Shown: piece after piece, positions 50,346 to 59,631 of the stretch | Position numbering within the stretch: the stretch's first letter is position 1 | Layout of the letters: the number at the start of each line of letters is the position of its first letter | From: an uncultured Verrucomicrobiales bacterium | GTDB lineage: Bacteria > Verrucomicrobiota > Verrucomicrobiia > Verrucomicrobiales > DEV007 | Length of the DNA: 59,946 bases | Assembly (NCBI GenBank): GCA_938091905.1 | Contig: CALKOM010000150.1 | Location: 1 to 59,946, forward strand | Direction: 5' to 3' | Program-made: the position numbers and the translations under genes | Notes under the pieces: model-generated | The model's database searches: none | What the model was told of the DNA's origin: nothing | The model's input: the letters and a program-made list of their open reading frames with translations, nothing else

Positions 50346-50888
50346 TTAGTTAGGAATAATGAGTGATTCGTCTTCGACGTGCGCGGTCAATGGATTGAAA
50401 AGCATCGAAAGTGTCGCGTCCCCATAAGTCAGGCGAAGGCTCAGCGGTTCGCAGATGCCACCTGGCTCAAAGACCCATTTCTCAAAAGGAACCCGCGGAG
50501 GCCGGAACATCTGTTCATTCCAACGCTGCACCCACAACTGGATCCCATTCTCAAGCTGATGCCGTTCACCACGAATCTGCTTCATGGCGTCTTCTGGAGA
50601 CATACCCGTGAGCGATCCTTCTAGCGCATCTTGATTGTAAGTCGGTCCGACAGCAAAGAAGCTTGGGGCCAGCGTCATCGAATAGGAACGGTTGTTCTCA
50701 ATCGCCTCTCGCATCAACTTTCGTGCCGCGAGTTTCAGTGCCACCCCTTCGTTTGTAAGCTTCCCCTCATCCTGCATCGACTTGAAACTCAACGTCGCCA
50801 CGCCGAGGATCAGGGTGACAATGAAGATCGACACCACAATCTCGATCAGCGTGAAGCCGCGAGGTCGGTGGAGGTTTCCAAGATACAT
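50346..50888 (-). CDS. gspH: Minor pseudopilin GspH-like
   Basis: RG|FTLIEIVV; FEPGG; position after gspG. Confidence 0.75.
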   Translation of the reverse strand: MYLGNLHRPRGFTLIEIVVSIFIVTLILGVATLSFKSMQDEGKLTNEGVALKLAARKLMREAIENNRSYSMTLAPSFFAVGPTYNQDALEGSLTGMSPEDAMKQIRGERHQLENGIQLWVQRWNEQMFRPPRVPFEKWVFEPGGICEPLSLRLTYGDATLSMLFNPLTAHVEDESLIIPN

Positions 50889-50914
50889 GTTAGACAGAGG
50901 AAGCCCGCGTGGAC

Positions 50915-51358
50915 CTACCAGTTACCGATATCGTCTTCCGTGCCATCAGTGCGGTCGCCGCCTAACGAATAGACATCGAACTCGCTCCCTTTGAGACCCG
51001 GATTGCGGTACTGATACATGTTGTCCCAAGGATCCATGAGGGAATCGAGGTCCTTCATTTGTGGAGCCCAAGACTTTGGCATGGGTGCCGTGGTGGGACG
51101 CTCGACCAGAGCACGGAGACCCTGCTCTTGGCTCGGCATACGACCTGCCTTCATGGCGTAGAGTCGCAAAGCACTGGTAATGGCAGTGATGTCTGCCTTG
51201 ACGGCACCTTCCTTACCAGCATCCATAACGCCAGTTAGTTTCATGACACCTGCGCCCACGAGGAGCGCGATGATGGCGAGCACGAGCACCATTTCGATCA
51301 GAGTGAACGCCGCGTTGCTTCGACGGTGACGGTTGATATTCAGGGATGTTAACTTCAT
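50915..51358 (-). CDS. gspG: Major pseudopilin GspG
   Basis: AA|FTLIEMVLV, ALRLY...P..EQGL.ALV..P, DPWDN.YQY..PG, S.G.D...GTEDDI.NW. Confidence 0.95.
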   Translation of the reverse strand: MKLTSLNINRHRRSNAAFTLIEMVLVLAIIALLVGAGVMKLTGVMDAGKEGAVKADITAITSALRLYAMKAGRMPSQEQGLRALVERPTTAPMPKSWAPQMKDLDSLMDPWDNMYQYRNPGLKGSEFDVYSLGGDRTDGTEDDIGNW

Positions 51359-51390
51359 GAGTTTCGTTCGGTTGGGTTTACGGTGAGGTT

Positions 51391-51888
51391 TTAAGTAATA
51401 GGTACGGTAGCATGGGCATCCTGCCCGTGTCGCCGGCTAAGAGCCGGTGTTACATTAGACCAAGTGATATCGTCGTCAGTTTGATCGAGGCGATCCGGGC
51501 CTCCGCTGTCTAATTGAAAGTCTTCGCCGTCCTGGCTCAGAGTATAAACATACTCGGTGTCCCAAGGCCCCTTCAGCACATCAAAGCCCGTCAGTTGCTG
51601 CGCCCAACTCTGGGCAACTGGCTCGACGACAAGCTTCTCAACCAAAGCTGCCAGCCCCTGCTCAGCAGTTGGTAATCTATCTGCCTTCATCGCGTAGAGC
51701 CGAAGAGCCGATGTCAGAGCCGGTAAACTAGCTCTTACTGAGCCAATTCGGCCAGCCTCCACAGCAGCCGGGCTCTGAACAATACTACCTCCAACTAAGA
51801 TCGCACCACCACCAAGAAAGACCGCCCACACCACGACCAGCGTCTTCCAACTGAAGAAGCGGCTCTTATCTGATGCAGAAGCTTTCAT
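51391..51888 (-). CDS. GspG-like paralog lacking prepilin cleavage motif
   Basis: T2SSG domain (ALRLYAMKA.RLP..EQGL.ALVE, PW..EYVY, S.GPD....TDDDI) but no G|FxxxE. Confidence 0.75.
   Translation of the reverse strand: MKASASDKSRFFSWKTLVVVWAVFLGGGAILVGGSIVQSPAAVEAGRIGSVRASLPALTSALRLYAMKADRLPTAEQGLAALVEKLVVEPVAQSWAQQLTGFDVLKGPWDTEYVYTLSQDGEDFQLDSGGPDRLDQTDDDITWSNVTPALSRRHGQDAHATVPIT
51407..51429 (+). repeat. GTAG-family REP-like palindrome
   Basis: GTAG-CATGGGCA-TCC-TGCCCGTG; translates as HGQDAHAT in the overlapping ORF. Confidence 0.7.
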
Positions 51889-51907
51889 ACTAAAGATAGC
51901 GATACCG

Positions 51908-53338
51908 CTAACGAGCGCTGTTCAATCCACTCACAGTTTCAAAGATAATCGAGATCATGAGGTAGGCCATCGTTCCAACCACGCCCGCCATGATGAAAAC
52001 AATGACCGGTTGAATCAGCGCACTGATCTTCTCAATCGTCTTGCCTAACTCTTTATCATAACGACCAGCGGAGCGCACCAAGGCGCTCTCAATGTCACCG
52101 GTTTGTTCACCCACCGAAACCATGTCGATCAGCAGTGCAGGAAAGAAGCCCACCTTCTTCATCGCACGAGAAAGGGAGCCGCCTTCACCCACAATCGCCG
52201 CGACTTGTGACACTTTCTCTTTCAAGAACAAATTCATCGTCGTGTCACGCGTCAGCTCTAACCCTTTCAGTAAGGGCATTCCGTTACCAACAAGATTGGC
52301 TAAGGTCTCCATGCACTGAACATAAAAGCGCGACGATAAGACACCCCCGACAAGGGGGGCATGCACAATGAAACGATCCCATGTTTCCTGATTCTTCCGG
52401 CTACGCAGCCAGATGCGGAAGGCCACAATAATACCGACGATTCCCAGCACGATGGCCCACCAATACCCTTTGAGGAAATCCGAAGCCCCAATGAGCACCC
52501 TAGCCGCCGTCGGCAAATCACCTCCGGTCGAGCTGATCAGTCCCATGAGCTGCGGAATCAGATAGACAACGAACAAAACGGTCACCGCGAGGCCCGCAAA
52601 CACGAGAAAGGCAGGATAGATCAGCGCGAATAACACCTTACTCTGCAAGTCCGCGATCGTGTTCAGATACTCGGCCTGCCGACGCAAGATCTTTGGAAGC
52701 GCACCGGAAACCTCACCCGCATGCGCCATACTACAATACAACGGCCCGAAGCTTGGCGACACCTTTTCTAATGCTTTTGAGAAGCTCGCCCCTTCACGCA
52801 CTTCCCGACGAACCAGAATCGTCACATCCTTCAACGCAGAGAGTTCTTCGCGATTCTCCATCACCTTCAACGCCGACTCTAGCTGAAGTCCTGCCGCTAA
52901 CATCTCGGACAGCTCTTCCGTGAACATCACGACCTGTGACCGCTTCAACTTGATCGGGTACTTTGGACCACCTTGGACCACAGCCGCCTTGGCCTTGCCC
53001 TTCTCCCTCTGCGAGGCTGCATGACTCGACCGTGCAAGCTTCTTCTCTTTCTTCTTAGGTTTGGCCGGGGCCTGTTTGTTGCCGTTCGCATTCTCCTTCG
53101 CTTTGGGATCCTCCTTCGTCGGCTCAGGCGTCTTCGCCTCGCTCAACGGAGCAGGAGATTCTTTCTCCTTCTGCTTAGAAGCAGGTGTCGCACCGGCACC
53201 ACTGGATGGTGTCAATGAAAGCGGCTGCATCCCTCCGCGATTCAGTCGGCGCAAGGCCTCGCTCCGATCATTCGCCTCCAAGACCCCTTCGGTCTTGGAA
53301 CCGTCCATCTTTAGAGCGCGATATTGAAAACTTGGCAT
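51908..53338 (-). CDS. gspF: Type II secretion inner membrane protein F
   Basis: FQYRA, FTEEL..ML.AGL, GASFS.AL, GEVSG.L, ALIYP, VGEQTG, LIQP. Confidence 0.95.
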   Translation of the reverse strand: MPSFQYRALKMDGSKTEGVLEANDRSEALRRLNRGGMQPLSLTPSSGAGATPASKQKEKESPAPLSEAKTPEPTKEDPKAKENANGNKQAPAKPKKKEKKLARSSHAASQREKGKAKAAVVQGGPKYPIKLKRSQVVMFTEELSEMLAAGLQLESALKVMENREELSALKDVTILVRREVREGASFSKALEKVSPSFGPLYCSMAHAGEVSGALPKILRRQAEYLNTIADLQSKVLFALIYPAFLVFAGLAVTVLFVVYLIPQLMGLISSTGGDLPTAARVLIGASDFLKGYWWAIVLGIVGIIVAFRIWLRSRKNQETWDRFIVHAPLVGGVLSSRFYVQCMETLANLVGNGMPLLKGLELTRDTTMNLFLKEKVSQVAAIVGEGGSLSRAMKKVGFFPALLIDMVSVGEQTGDIESALVRSAGRYDKELGKTIEKISALIQPVIVFIMAGVVGTMAYLMISIIFETVSGLNSAR

Positions 53339-53382
53339 CTAGATAAGAAATTAAGTGTAAATTGACGAGGGATCGCCAACGA

Positions 53383-55152
53383 TTAAGTGCCTTCCATTTC
53401 AGTCGTGGTGACACTCACGACCTCCTCCAGCGTCGTCTGGCCCTCCATCACCTTGGCGTAGCCGTAACCGCGCATTGGCAAGAACCCGTCCTTAATCGCC
53501 TGCTCTTTCAACGCGGAATAGGGACGCCCTGCCGTGACCATTTCCTGCAAACCCGCGGTAAGCATGCACACCTCGTAAATCGCCAGTCGCCCCCGATAGC
53601 CGCTGTTTCGACAGGCCTGACAGCCACCCTTCTCATAAAACGGACCCGTATAATCCGCAGGGAAATCAACGCTACGCAGATATTCCGGCTTGTAACTCGT
53701 CTCCACACGGCAAGTCGGGCAAAGTTTCCTAACCAAACGCTGGGCGATGAATGCCCGAACCGACGCCGAAACCAAGAACGGCTCCAGCCCCATGTCGACC
53801 AGTCGACTAATGCCACCGATCGCATCATTGGTGTGCAAAGTACTGAATACCAAGTGACCTGTGAGTGCCGCTCGGATAGCAATTTCCGCCGTTTCCAAGT
53901 CACGAATCTCACCCACCATGATGATGTCAGGATCCGCACGCAAGAAACTCCGCAAGCCGTTAGCAAAGGTCAAATTAATCTCCGGCTTCACCGCCACCTG
54001 CAAGATCCCTTCCAACTTGTTCTCCACCGGATCCTCAACCGTCACGATACGCGTCTCAGATTTATTAAGTTCCGTTAGAAACGTATAAAGCGTCGTCGAC
54101 TTACCACAACCAGTCGGGCCTGTAAGGAGGATGATCCCGTTGGAAAGCTCCAGCAGATTCCTGAATTGTTCATTGATTCCAGTTCCTAGGTTCAGCTTCT
54201 TTAAATTGAATTGCTCCTGACCTAACAAACGCAAACTCACCTGCTCACCTTCCACCGTCGGAATGGTCGCCACACGAACGTCGATCGACTTGCCCTCGAT
54301 CTGCAAGTTAATACGACCATCTTGCGGCAAACGGCGTTCCGCGATGTCGAGGTTCGACATGATCTTGAGACGCGCCACTACCATGGACTGCAACGCCTTG
54401 ATGTTCTCCGGGACTGGCACTTCCACCAACTTACCGTCCACCCGGTAACGGATACGCAGCTGGTTCTTCTGTGGCTCCACGTGAATATCTGTCGCCCGCT
54501 GATCGAGCGCTTCACGGAGGATCTGGTTCACAAACTTCACGACCGATGCCTCCTCGTCATCATCATCGATGACGTTGACGTCCTCCCGCATGTCGAGGAG
54601 ATCCTCGTTCAAGTCGCGCCCTGCGAGCAGTTGCTCAAACGTGTCCGCACCGACCCCGTAGAGGCTCTGCAAACCCTCCACAATACGAGTCCGTGAAGCC
54701 ATGCGCCACTGGATCGGCACCTTGATATGCTGGCTCGCCGCTTGGCGAGCGGTCAGATTAAACGGATCATAGGTTGCAATTTCCAGCCTCCCCGTGCCTT
54801 CCCCATTGGCGGCCCGTTCTTCGCCACCCTCACCCGCAAATTCGTCGTCTTCCGACGCATCAGGATCATCGAAATACACCGGCAACAACCGATGTCGCAA
54901 CGCCACCTGCGCCGAACACAGCTCCCGAAGTTGGCGAGGCTTCACATCATCCCTTTCCAGCTCTTCTTTCCATCCAATACTAAGCTTCTTGCTAAGATTT
55001 TCCAAAAACCTTTCCTCATCAACGAGTTGCGTATCCAGCACGTCGTCCACAAGTGAACGCTGCTGAAACACCGATTGGTCCAAGACCTCCACCAGCTTCT
55101 CCTCGGACTCGAGGGCGGCGTTTCGGGCACAATCTAGGAATAAATCTTTCAT
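53383..55152 (-). CDS. gspE: Type II secretion ATPase E
   Basis: ATDIH.EP, LDIAERRLPQDG, GPTGCGKST, TVEDPVE, RADPDIIMVGEIRD, GHLVFSTLH, CPTC/CQAC. Confidence 0.96.
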   Translation of the reverse strand: MKDLFLDCARNAALESEEKLVEVLDQSVFQQRSLVDDVLDTQLVDEERFLENLSKKLSIGWKEELERDDVKPRQLRELCSAQVALRHRLLPVYFDDPDASEDDEFAGEGGEERAANGEGTGRLEIATYDPFNLTARQAASQHIKVPIQWRMASRTRIVEGLQSLYGVGADTFEQLLAGRDLNEDLLDMREDVNVIDDDDEEASVVKFVNQILREALDQRATDIHVEPQKNQLRIRYRVDGKLVEVPVPENIKALQSMVVARLKIMSNLDIAERRLPQDGRINLQIEGKSIDVRVATIPTVEGEQVSLRLLGQEQFNLKKLNLGTGINEQFRNLLELSNGIILLTGPTGCGKSTTLYTFLTELNKSETRIVTVEDPVENKLEGILQVAVKPEINLTFANGLRSFLRADPDIIMVGEIRDLETAEIAIRAALTGHLVFSTLHTNDAIGGISRLVDMGLEPFLVSASVRAFIAQRLVRKLCPTCRVETSYKPEYLRSVDFPADYTGPFYEKGGCQACRNSGYRGRLAIYEVCMLTAGLQEMVTAGRPYSALKEQAIKDGFLPMRGYGYAKVMEGQTTLEEVVSVTTTEMEGT

Positions 55153-55306
55153 AAATTTTCAGGAACGAGACAGGGAGAATCAAACAGGTCAACTGGTGAT
55201 CCGTCGCTACACAAGCCATAAGCGCCTCAGGCAGGCCAAATTGTCCGTTTCAGAAGATCATTCTTTGAAAGATCTGATCGCCACTCAAAAACGCCTCATT
55301 TCCAGA

Positions 55307-56074
55307 TCACAATGCCCGCGCATACGCCCCGCCATCGACCAGCAAGGTCTCGCCGGTCACATAACTGCTCGCCTCGCTCCCCAGAAACAGCGCAGGACCC
55401 ACAATTTCCTTGGGATCCGCCCAGCGTCCGATCGCGGTAAAATCGGAGAACTTCTGCTTCTGAGCGTCATCCAAAATACTCATGGGCAGATCGGTCAGAA
55501 ACGGCCCTGGAGCAATGCAATTCACTGTAATCCCCTGAGGACCAAGGTCTAAGGCGCTCGCCTTAGACATCCCCACCAACGCTGCCTTCGTTGCCGAATA
55601 GGCATTGCGAGCCTCCTTCGAGCCCACACCGAGCACTGAGGATATATGAATGATCCGCCCCCAGCTGCGCTCTTTCATCTGGGGCACCAAAGCCCGCGTC
55701 AGGGCCATAATACTGCTCAGATTCACCTCCACCTGGGTGTCCCAATCCTCGTCTAGAATCTCATCGATCGGCTGCGGCCGGTTAATCCCCGCGTTGTTCA
55801 CCAAGACATCGACTCGCCCCATCTCGGCCAATACTTTCTCCGCCAACGCCTTCACTGCCTCACGATCCCCCATGTCCACCGTCGCATAGCCCACCTTCCG
55901 CCCAGTCGCCTTCGAGATTTCCGCCTGAGCCGCCACCAACTCACTCTCTGTCCGAGCACACAGAAACACGTCCGCTCCCGCTTCCGCAAAGCCTCGCGCC
56001 ATCGCTTTACCCAACCCACGGCCACTGCCAGTGACCAAGGCCACTTTCCCACTCAGATCGAAGAGATCCATCAT
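55307..56074 (-). CDS. Short-chain dehydrogenase (gluconate 5-dehydrogenase/FabG-like)
   Basis: FDLSGKVALVTGSGRGLG, NNAG, YSATK, IAPG, VDGG. Confidence 0.92.
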   Translation of the reverse strand: MMDLFDLSGKVALVTGSGRGLGKAMARGFAEAGADVFLCARTESELVAAQAEISKATGRKVGYATVDMGDREAVKALAEKVLAEMGRVDVLVNNAGINRPQPIDEILDEDWDTQVEVNLSSIMALTRALVPQMKERSWGRIIHISSVLGVGSKEARNAYSATKAALVGMSKASALDLGPQGITVNCIAPGPFLTDLPMSILDDAQKQKFSDFTAIGRWADPKEIVGPALFLGSEASSYVTGETLLVDGGAYARAL

Positions 56075-56217
56075 TTGTTTAGCCAAGTAGGAACAGCCGC
56101 CGACGTCAATCCACAACCACTCGCCCATCAGCATGCCTAAAATACTGTCAGTCTATTATTTTTGATAATAACCTCTAACCCATGAGACAAAATCCATAAA
56201 ATTTGATAAATATAGGA

Positions 56218-58047
56218 ATGGAGACAAATCCGATCTCTCAGCTCTGTTTCACAGTCCTCGCTCTAGGGAGCGTGTTACAAATGATGGCGCTCGCGGCGCC
56301 ATGCCCCACGCCAGTGGGAATGCCACCACAAGGAGAAGGTTGGGTGGCCCTCTTCGACGGGGCGCCAGATGGTTTGCCTCCCTCAGACTGGATCGAAGTG
56401 GGCGGAAACTTCGCCGATCCTTTGCCAACCTGGAGCGTCCAGGACGACGTGCTCATCCGTGAAGACGGTGGTGGCAGCAACCATTTGTTCTATGTTGGAA
56501 GCGAGGCCCCATGGACAGACCTCGAATTGATTTGCGAATTTCGTACGGAAATCGGCACCAACTCCGGCGTTCTTTTTCGTGTCGATAATTGTCAGAGTGA
56601 TGGTAGTGGTTGCTCGATCGAAGGTACGAATGGGCTGGAAGCACAGATTAATAACACATCCACCGGAGCTCTTCCAAAAAAGACCGGAGCACTGTTTCCT
56701 GATGGCGACGATCTCTTAGTCTCTCCTGTTCAAGACAATGAGTGGACACACATGCGTATTATTGTTGAAGGGACCTCTGCTACGATTGAAATTAATGGTA
56801 GTGTCACGGCAACTGACACTCTAAAGGCTATTTATCCAAGTAGCGGTACAATTGCACTCCAAAGCGAAGGCTTAGGTAGTGGAGACTACGATCGAATTGA
56901 GTTCCGCAACATCTATATCCGAGACCTACCCGTTAGTAGTTGCGATGGGTGGGATCAAGGAAGCCCCAGCAATGACCCTGAACCCATGGCAGGCAATTCG
57001 TCCTCAGATGAATCGTTAAAGTCCGAACTCACGACACTTGGGCACTATCACTTTGATTCCGATCTACAGAATAGCGCAAAGGATCTCTATCACCTCCGCG
57101 CCTACGGGTCAGCCGCATTGGCATCCACAGAACTCGGTTGGATGGCGCAACCTCTCGGACAAGCGCTGCAGTTCACTGGAAAGGATGACTATCTCATCGG
57201 CGTCTATCTCGATAGCGAAGTCCAACCAACGAGCGAGAGCTTCACAGTCGAAGCCTTGCTCTATGTGAGCCGTGTCAAGGACCAGGGCGAAAGCTCGCTC
57301 TCTCTACTAGATTTTGGAACCATCTCATTTGGACAATCTACTTGGGAAACGGAACCCACACTCAGCTTTAATGACACGTCATTATTTCCCACATCCGCCG
57401 TCAAACCACACTGGAAACTGGATCAATGGATGCACTTTCGTATCGTCTACGATCCTACCGCAACAGGATCCGAATTGAAGCTCTACATCAATGACAGCCT
57501 AGTCGGCGAGGGAGCCGCGAGCATCTCTGCGGCAGCCATCAGCAACTGGACTCTTCGATTGGGCCATTTCGAGGGCTATGTGGACGAACTACGCGTTTCG
57601 AAGGGCGCTCTCGACTCCGGAGGTACCATTCCCCTCGCAAAGACAGCCTGGCTTGAGCGATTTTTCACTTCAGCAGATCTCGGCAATGATACACTTGAAA
57701 CCGCGCTTTGGGGAGACAACGCCGATGCCGATGGAGATGGCTTCAGCACGCTCGCTGAATATTGTCTGGGCCTCAATCCCACCGTGCCGGACGGGCTTGA
57801 GGCGTTTCAAGCCGACACGACAACCCATCCGATCGTCATGGACTACATGGAGGCCAAGCAGGCTATCGAGATGGATTTGAACGTCTTAGGAAGTACGACT
57901 ATCGGCTCCTGGCTGCCGGAAGGGGCAACGCTGACAACCATTACCGACGGGTTGCTCTTCAAGCACATGAGAGCCACCCTAACCCAAGACTACTCAGCAG
58001 CCACGCGAGCCTTCTTCAGCCTCGGCATCGCTCCGGCGTCGCCCTGA
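56218..58047 (+). CDS. Secreted DUF1080 (3-keto-disaccharide hydrolase-like) + LamG domain protein
   Basis: GWVALFDG, TNSGVLFR, EAQI, GTIALQ, IEFRNI; LamG FTVEA...W.H...YIND...FEGYVDELRVS; C-terminal DADGDG module. Confidence 0.85.
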   Translation: METNPISQLCFTVLALGSVLQMMALAAPCPTPVGMPPQGEGWVALFDGAPDGLPPSDWIEVGGNFADPLPTWSVQDDVLIREDGGGSNHLFYVGSEAPWTDLELICEFRTEIGTNSGVLFRVDNCQSDGSGCSIEGTNGLEAQINNTSTGALPKKTGALFPDGDDLLVSPVQDNEWTHMRIIVEGTSATIEINGSVTATDTLKAIYPSSGTIALQSEGLGSGDYDRIEFRNIYIRDLPVSSCDGWDQGSPSNDPEPMAGNSSSDESLKSELTTLGHYHFDSDLQNSAKDLYHLRAYGSAALASTELGWMAQPLGQALQFTGKDDYLIGVYLDSEVQPTSESFTVEALLYVSRVKDQGESSLSLLDFGTISFGQSTWETEPTLSFNDTSLFPTSAVKPHWKLDQWMHFRIVYDPTATGSELKLYINDSLVGEGAASISAAAISNWTLRLGHFEGYVDELRVSKGALDSGGTIPLAKTAWLERFFTSADLGNDTLETALWGDNADADGDGFSTLAEYCLGLNPTVPDGLEAFQADTTTHPIVMDYMEAKQAIEMDLNVLGSTTIGSWLPEGATLTTITDGLLFKHMRATLTQDYSAATRAFFSLGIAPASP

Positions 58048-58149
58048 CCTAGTGCGTGTGCCACAGCACGTCGGTTAGGCAGTTCAACCGAAGAGCATCA
58101 AACACCCTTGATTCATCATTTCCAAGGAATGCGTCCCTCTGTTCGGCCA

Positions 58150-58930
58150 GATAGAAAGCCTGGCGTGACTCAATATTCCCGTGGGGGTGCAATCCAGCGC
58201 CGCTCTAGCCAACTTGTGGCCGCAGGCCCCTCTTTAGGGGTGGCCTGCAGGACCAGGAAACGACGTTGAAGCACATCCCCATCCGTTGTTTTTAAGATTC
58301 ACAACATTGGGTGCCGGCAGCCAATCCCAACATGACAGTGATTATACTGGATCTCAACACGGATACCCAGATGACGCATGTCATTGTTAGTTCACCAGTC
58401 GTAGTTTGTTTACCTACAAGCGGAGTAATCCAAGAAGAACACCAACTCAACCAACTCAACCAACTCTCTCGCTCGGAGGATTTCCCTGCAGCCCACGCTC
58501 ACCCCTATTGGTGTCACCGTTAACCTTAAGATCTTATTTCATCGACCAAATATCCGCACTCGCCTCTCTCAGAATGGCTTATTACTATCATTGATTTAAT
58601 TCTTTGCCAGTCGGGTGAAGGCAGCTCTGCCGGAAGGCGCAGTGATCCATGGTAACATCAGAGTTCCCAGCCATTTCTAACATACACCCATATCGCTACT
58701 CACCACCTTTAAACGTACAATAGCTCAGGCGGCTCCCAGGCAAGTCGTTCCCTTCGCCCTGACCATTGGCCCGCCATGGACTCGCAAGACCGACACCAGA
58801 TGCGGACGTGAAGAAAATCGGAGCCTCCGCTGTCCCTCCAGCAATGAAGTTTCCCTGCACTGTTAGTGTCGCGAAGTCTGCAAAGGCATCCTGCAAGGCG
58901 GTGTGCCTGCCATTCAGTTTCAACGAACGG
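58150..58930 (-). pseudogene. Remnant of a right-handed parallel beta-helix surface protein gene
   Basis: LTVQGNFIAGGTAEAPIFFTS, SRLSYCTFKGGE*RYG...DVTMDHCAF with in-frame TAG; downstream VNLKNNGWG in another frame. Confidence 0.6.
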
Positions 58931-59267
58931 CAAATGCCATGGACAGGGACCCAACAGCGGAAGACACGGACCTGCGCAACTGGACAGCCGTTTTCTCTAC
59001 TAAATTGGCTTCAACGCCTCAGCGATCCGGAAACAGAGACCAAGACGATCTTGCTAAGTTCTAATGAGATCTTAGAGCACATCAACCACCTCTTCCTGAG
59101 AGTCGACTTCACCCAGATTAGTCCTTAGCAGGAGCAGCAGCAGGCCACAGTCCCTTTCGGCCAAAGGTGCAAGACGTCTTCTGCTGGTCAGTCCAGGCAA
59201 AGATCCGTTGCGCTTGTCCAATTAAAGTGTAGATCCTCAGTTCCCGCAGCGCTAGTTTCCATGATAC

Positions 59268-59355
59268 GGAGGGGTGGCAGAGCGGTTGAATGCACCGGTC
59301 TTGAAAACCGGCATACCGAAAGGTATCGTGGGTTCGAATCCCACCCCCTCTACCA
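59268..59355 (+). tRNA. tRNA-Ser (TGA)
   Basis: GGAGGGGTGGCAGAGCGGTTGAATGCACCGGTCTTGAAAACCGG, long variable arm, GGTTCGAATCCCACCCCCTCTACCA; 88 nt. Confidence 0.95.
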
Positions 59356-59595
59356 CTTCTGTAAGTCGTTTAAGACAAAGAGATTAGATGATCCTGACAG
59401 GTAGGCGAAGAACCCAATGTGTCACAAACTGTGTCATGTTTCCGCCACAGTTCACCCCTTTCCAAGCCCGTCCGAGCTTGAAGAAATTCCTATTGAACGG
59501 CGAATCGAGTGACGCGCTACATTGGTAGCCACCACCGTCACTTTATTCTGGGTAGCCCCGATGATGGTGGCCGCCGTGCTCTGGTCAACTATCAT

Positions 59596-59631
59596 GCGTT
59601 AGCCGTGGTGGTAGCGTTAGCTGTGGTGGTA
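59596..59631 (+). repeat. 18-bp tandem repeat GCGTTAGC(C/T)GTGGTGGTA x2
   Basis: Two copies with one mismatch. Confidence 0.8.

Noticed and set aside
51300..51320. Ala instead of Gly at -1 of the GspG cleavage site
   Set aside because: Ala at -1 is a tolerated variant, and F1 and E5 are intact
53362..54078. Long antisense ORFs (also 18827-19402, 44884-45513 and others)
   Set aside because: Shadows of well-supported genes on the opposite strand, with no motifs of their own
58140..58200. Weak resemblance to SAM-I or cobalamin riboswitch (GGTGCAATCCAGC)
   Set aside because: Core conserved elements are missing, no suitable downstream gene, and it overlaps the pseudogene remnant
58216..58248. 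GTGG-led hairpin GCAGGCC...GGCCTGC as a second REP
   Set aside because: Single degenerate copy unlike the 51407 element; cannot be supported from this window
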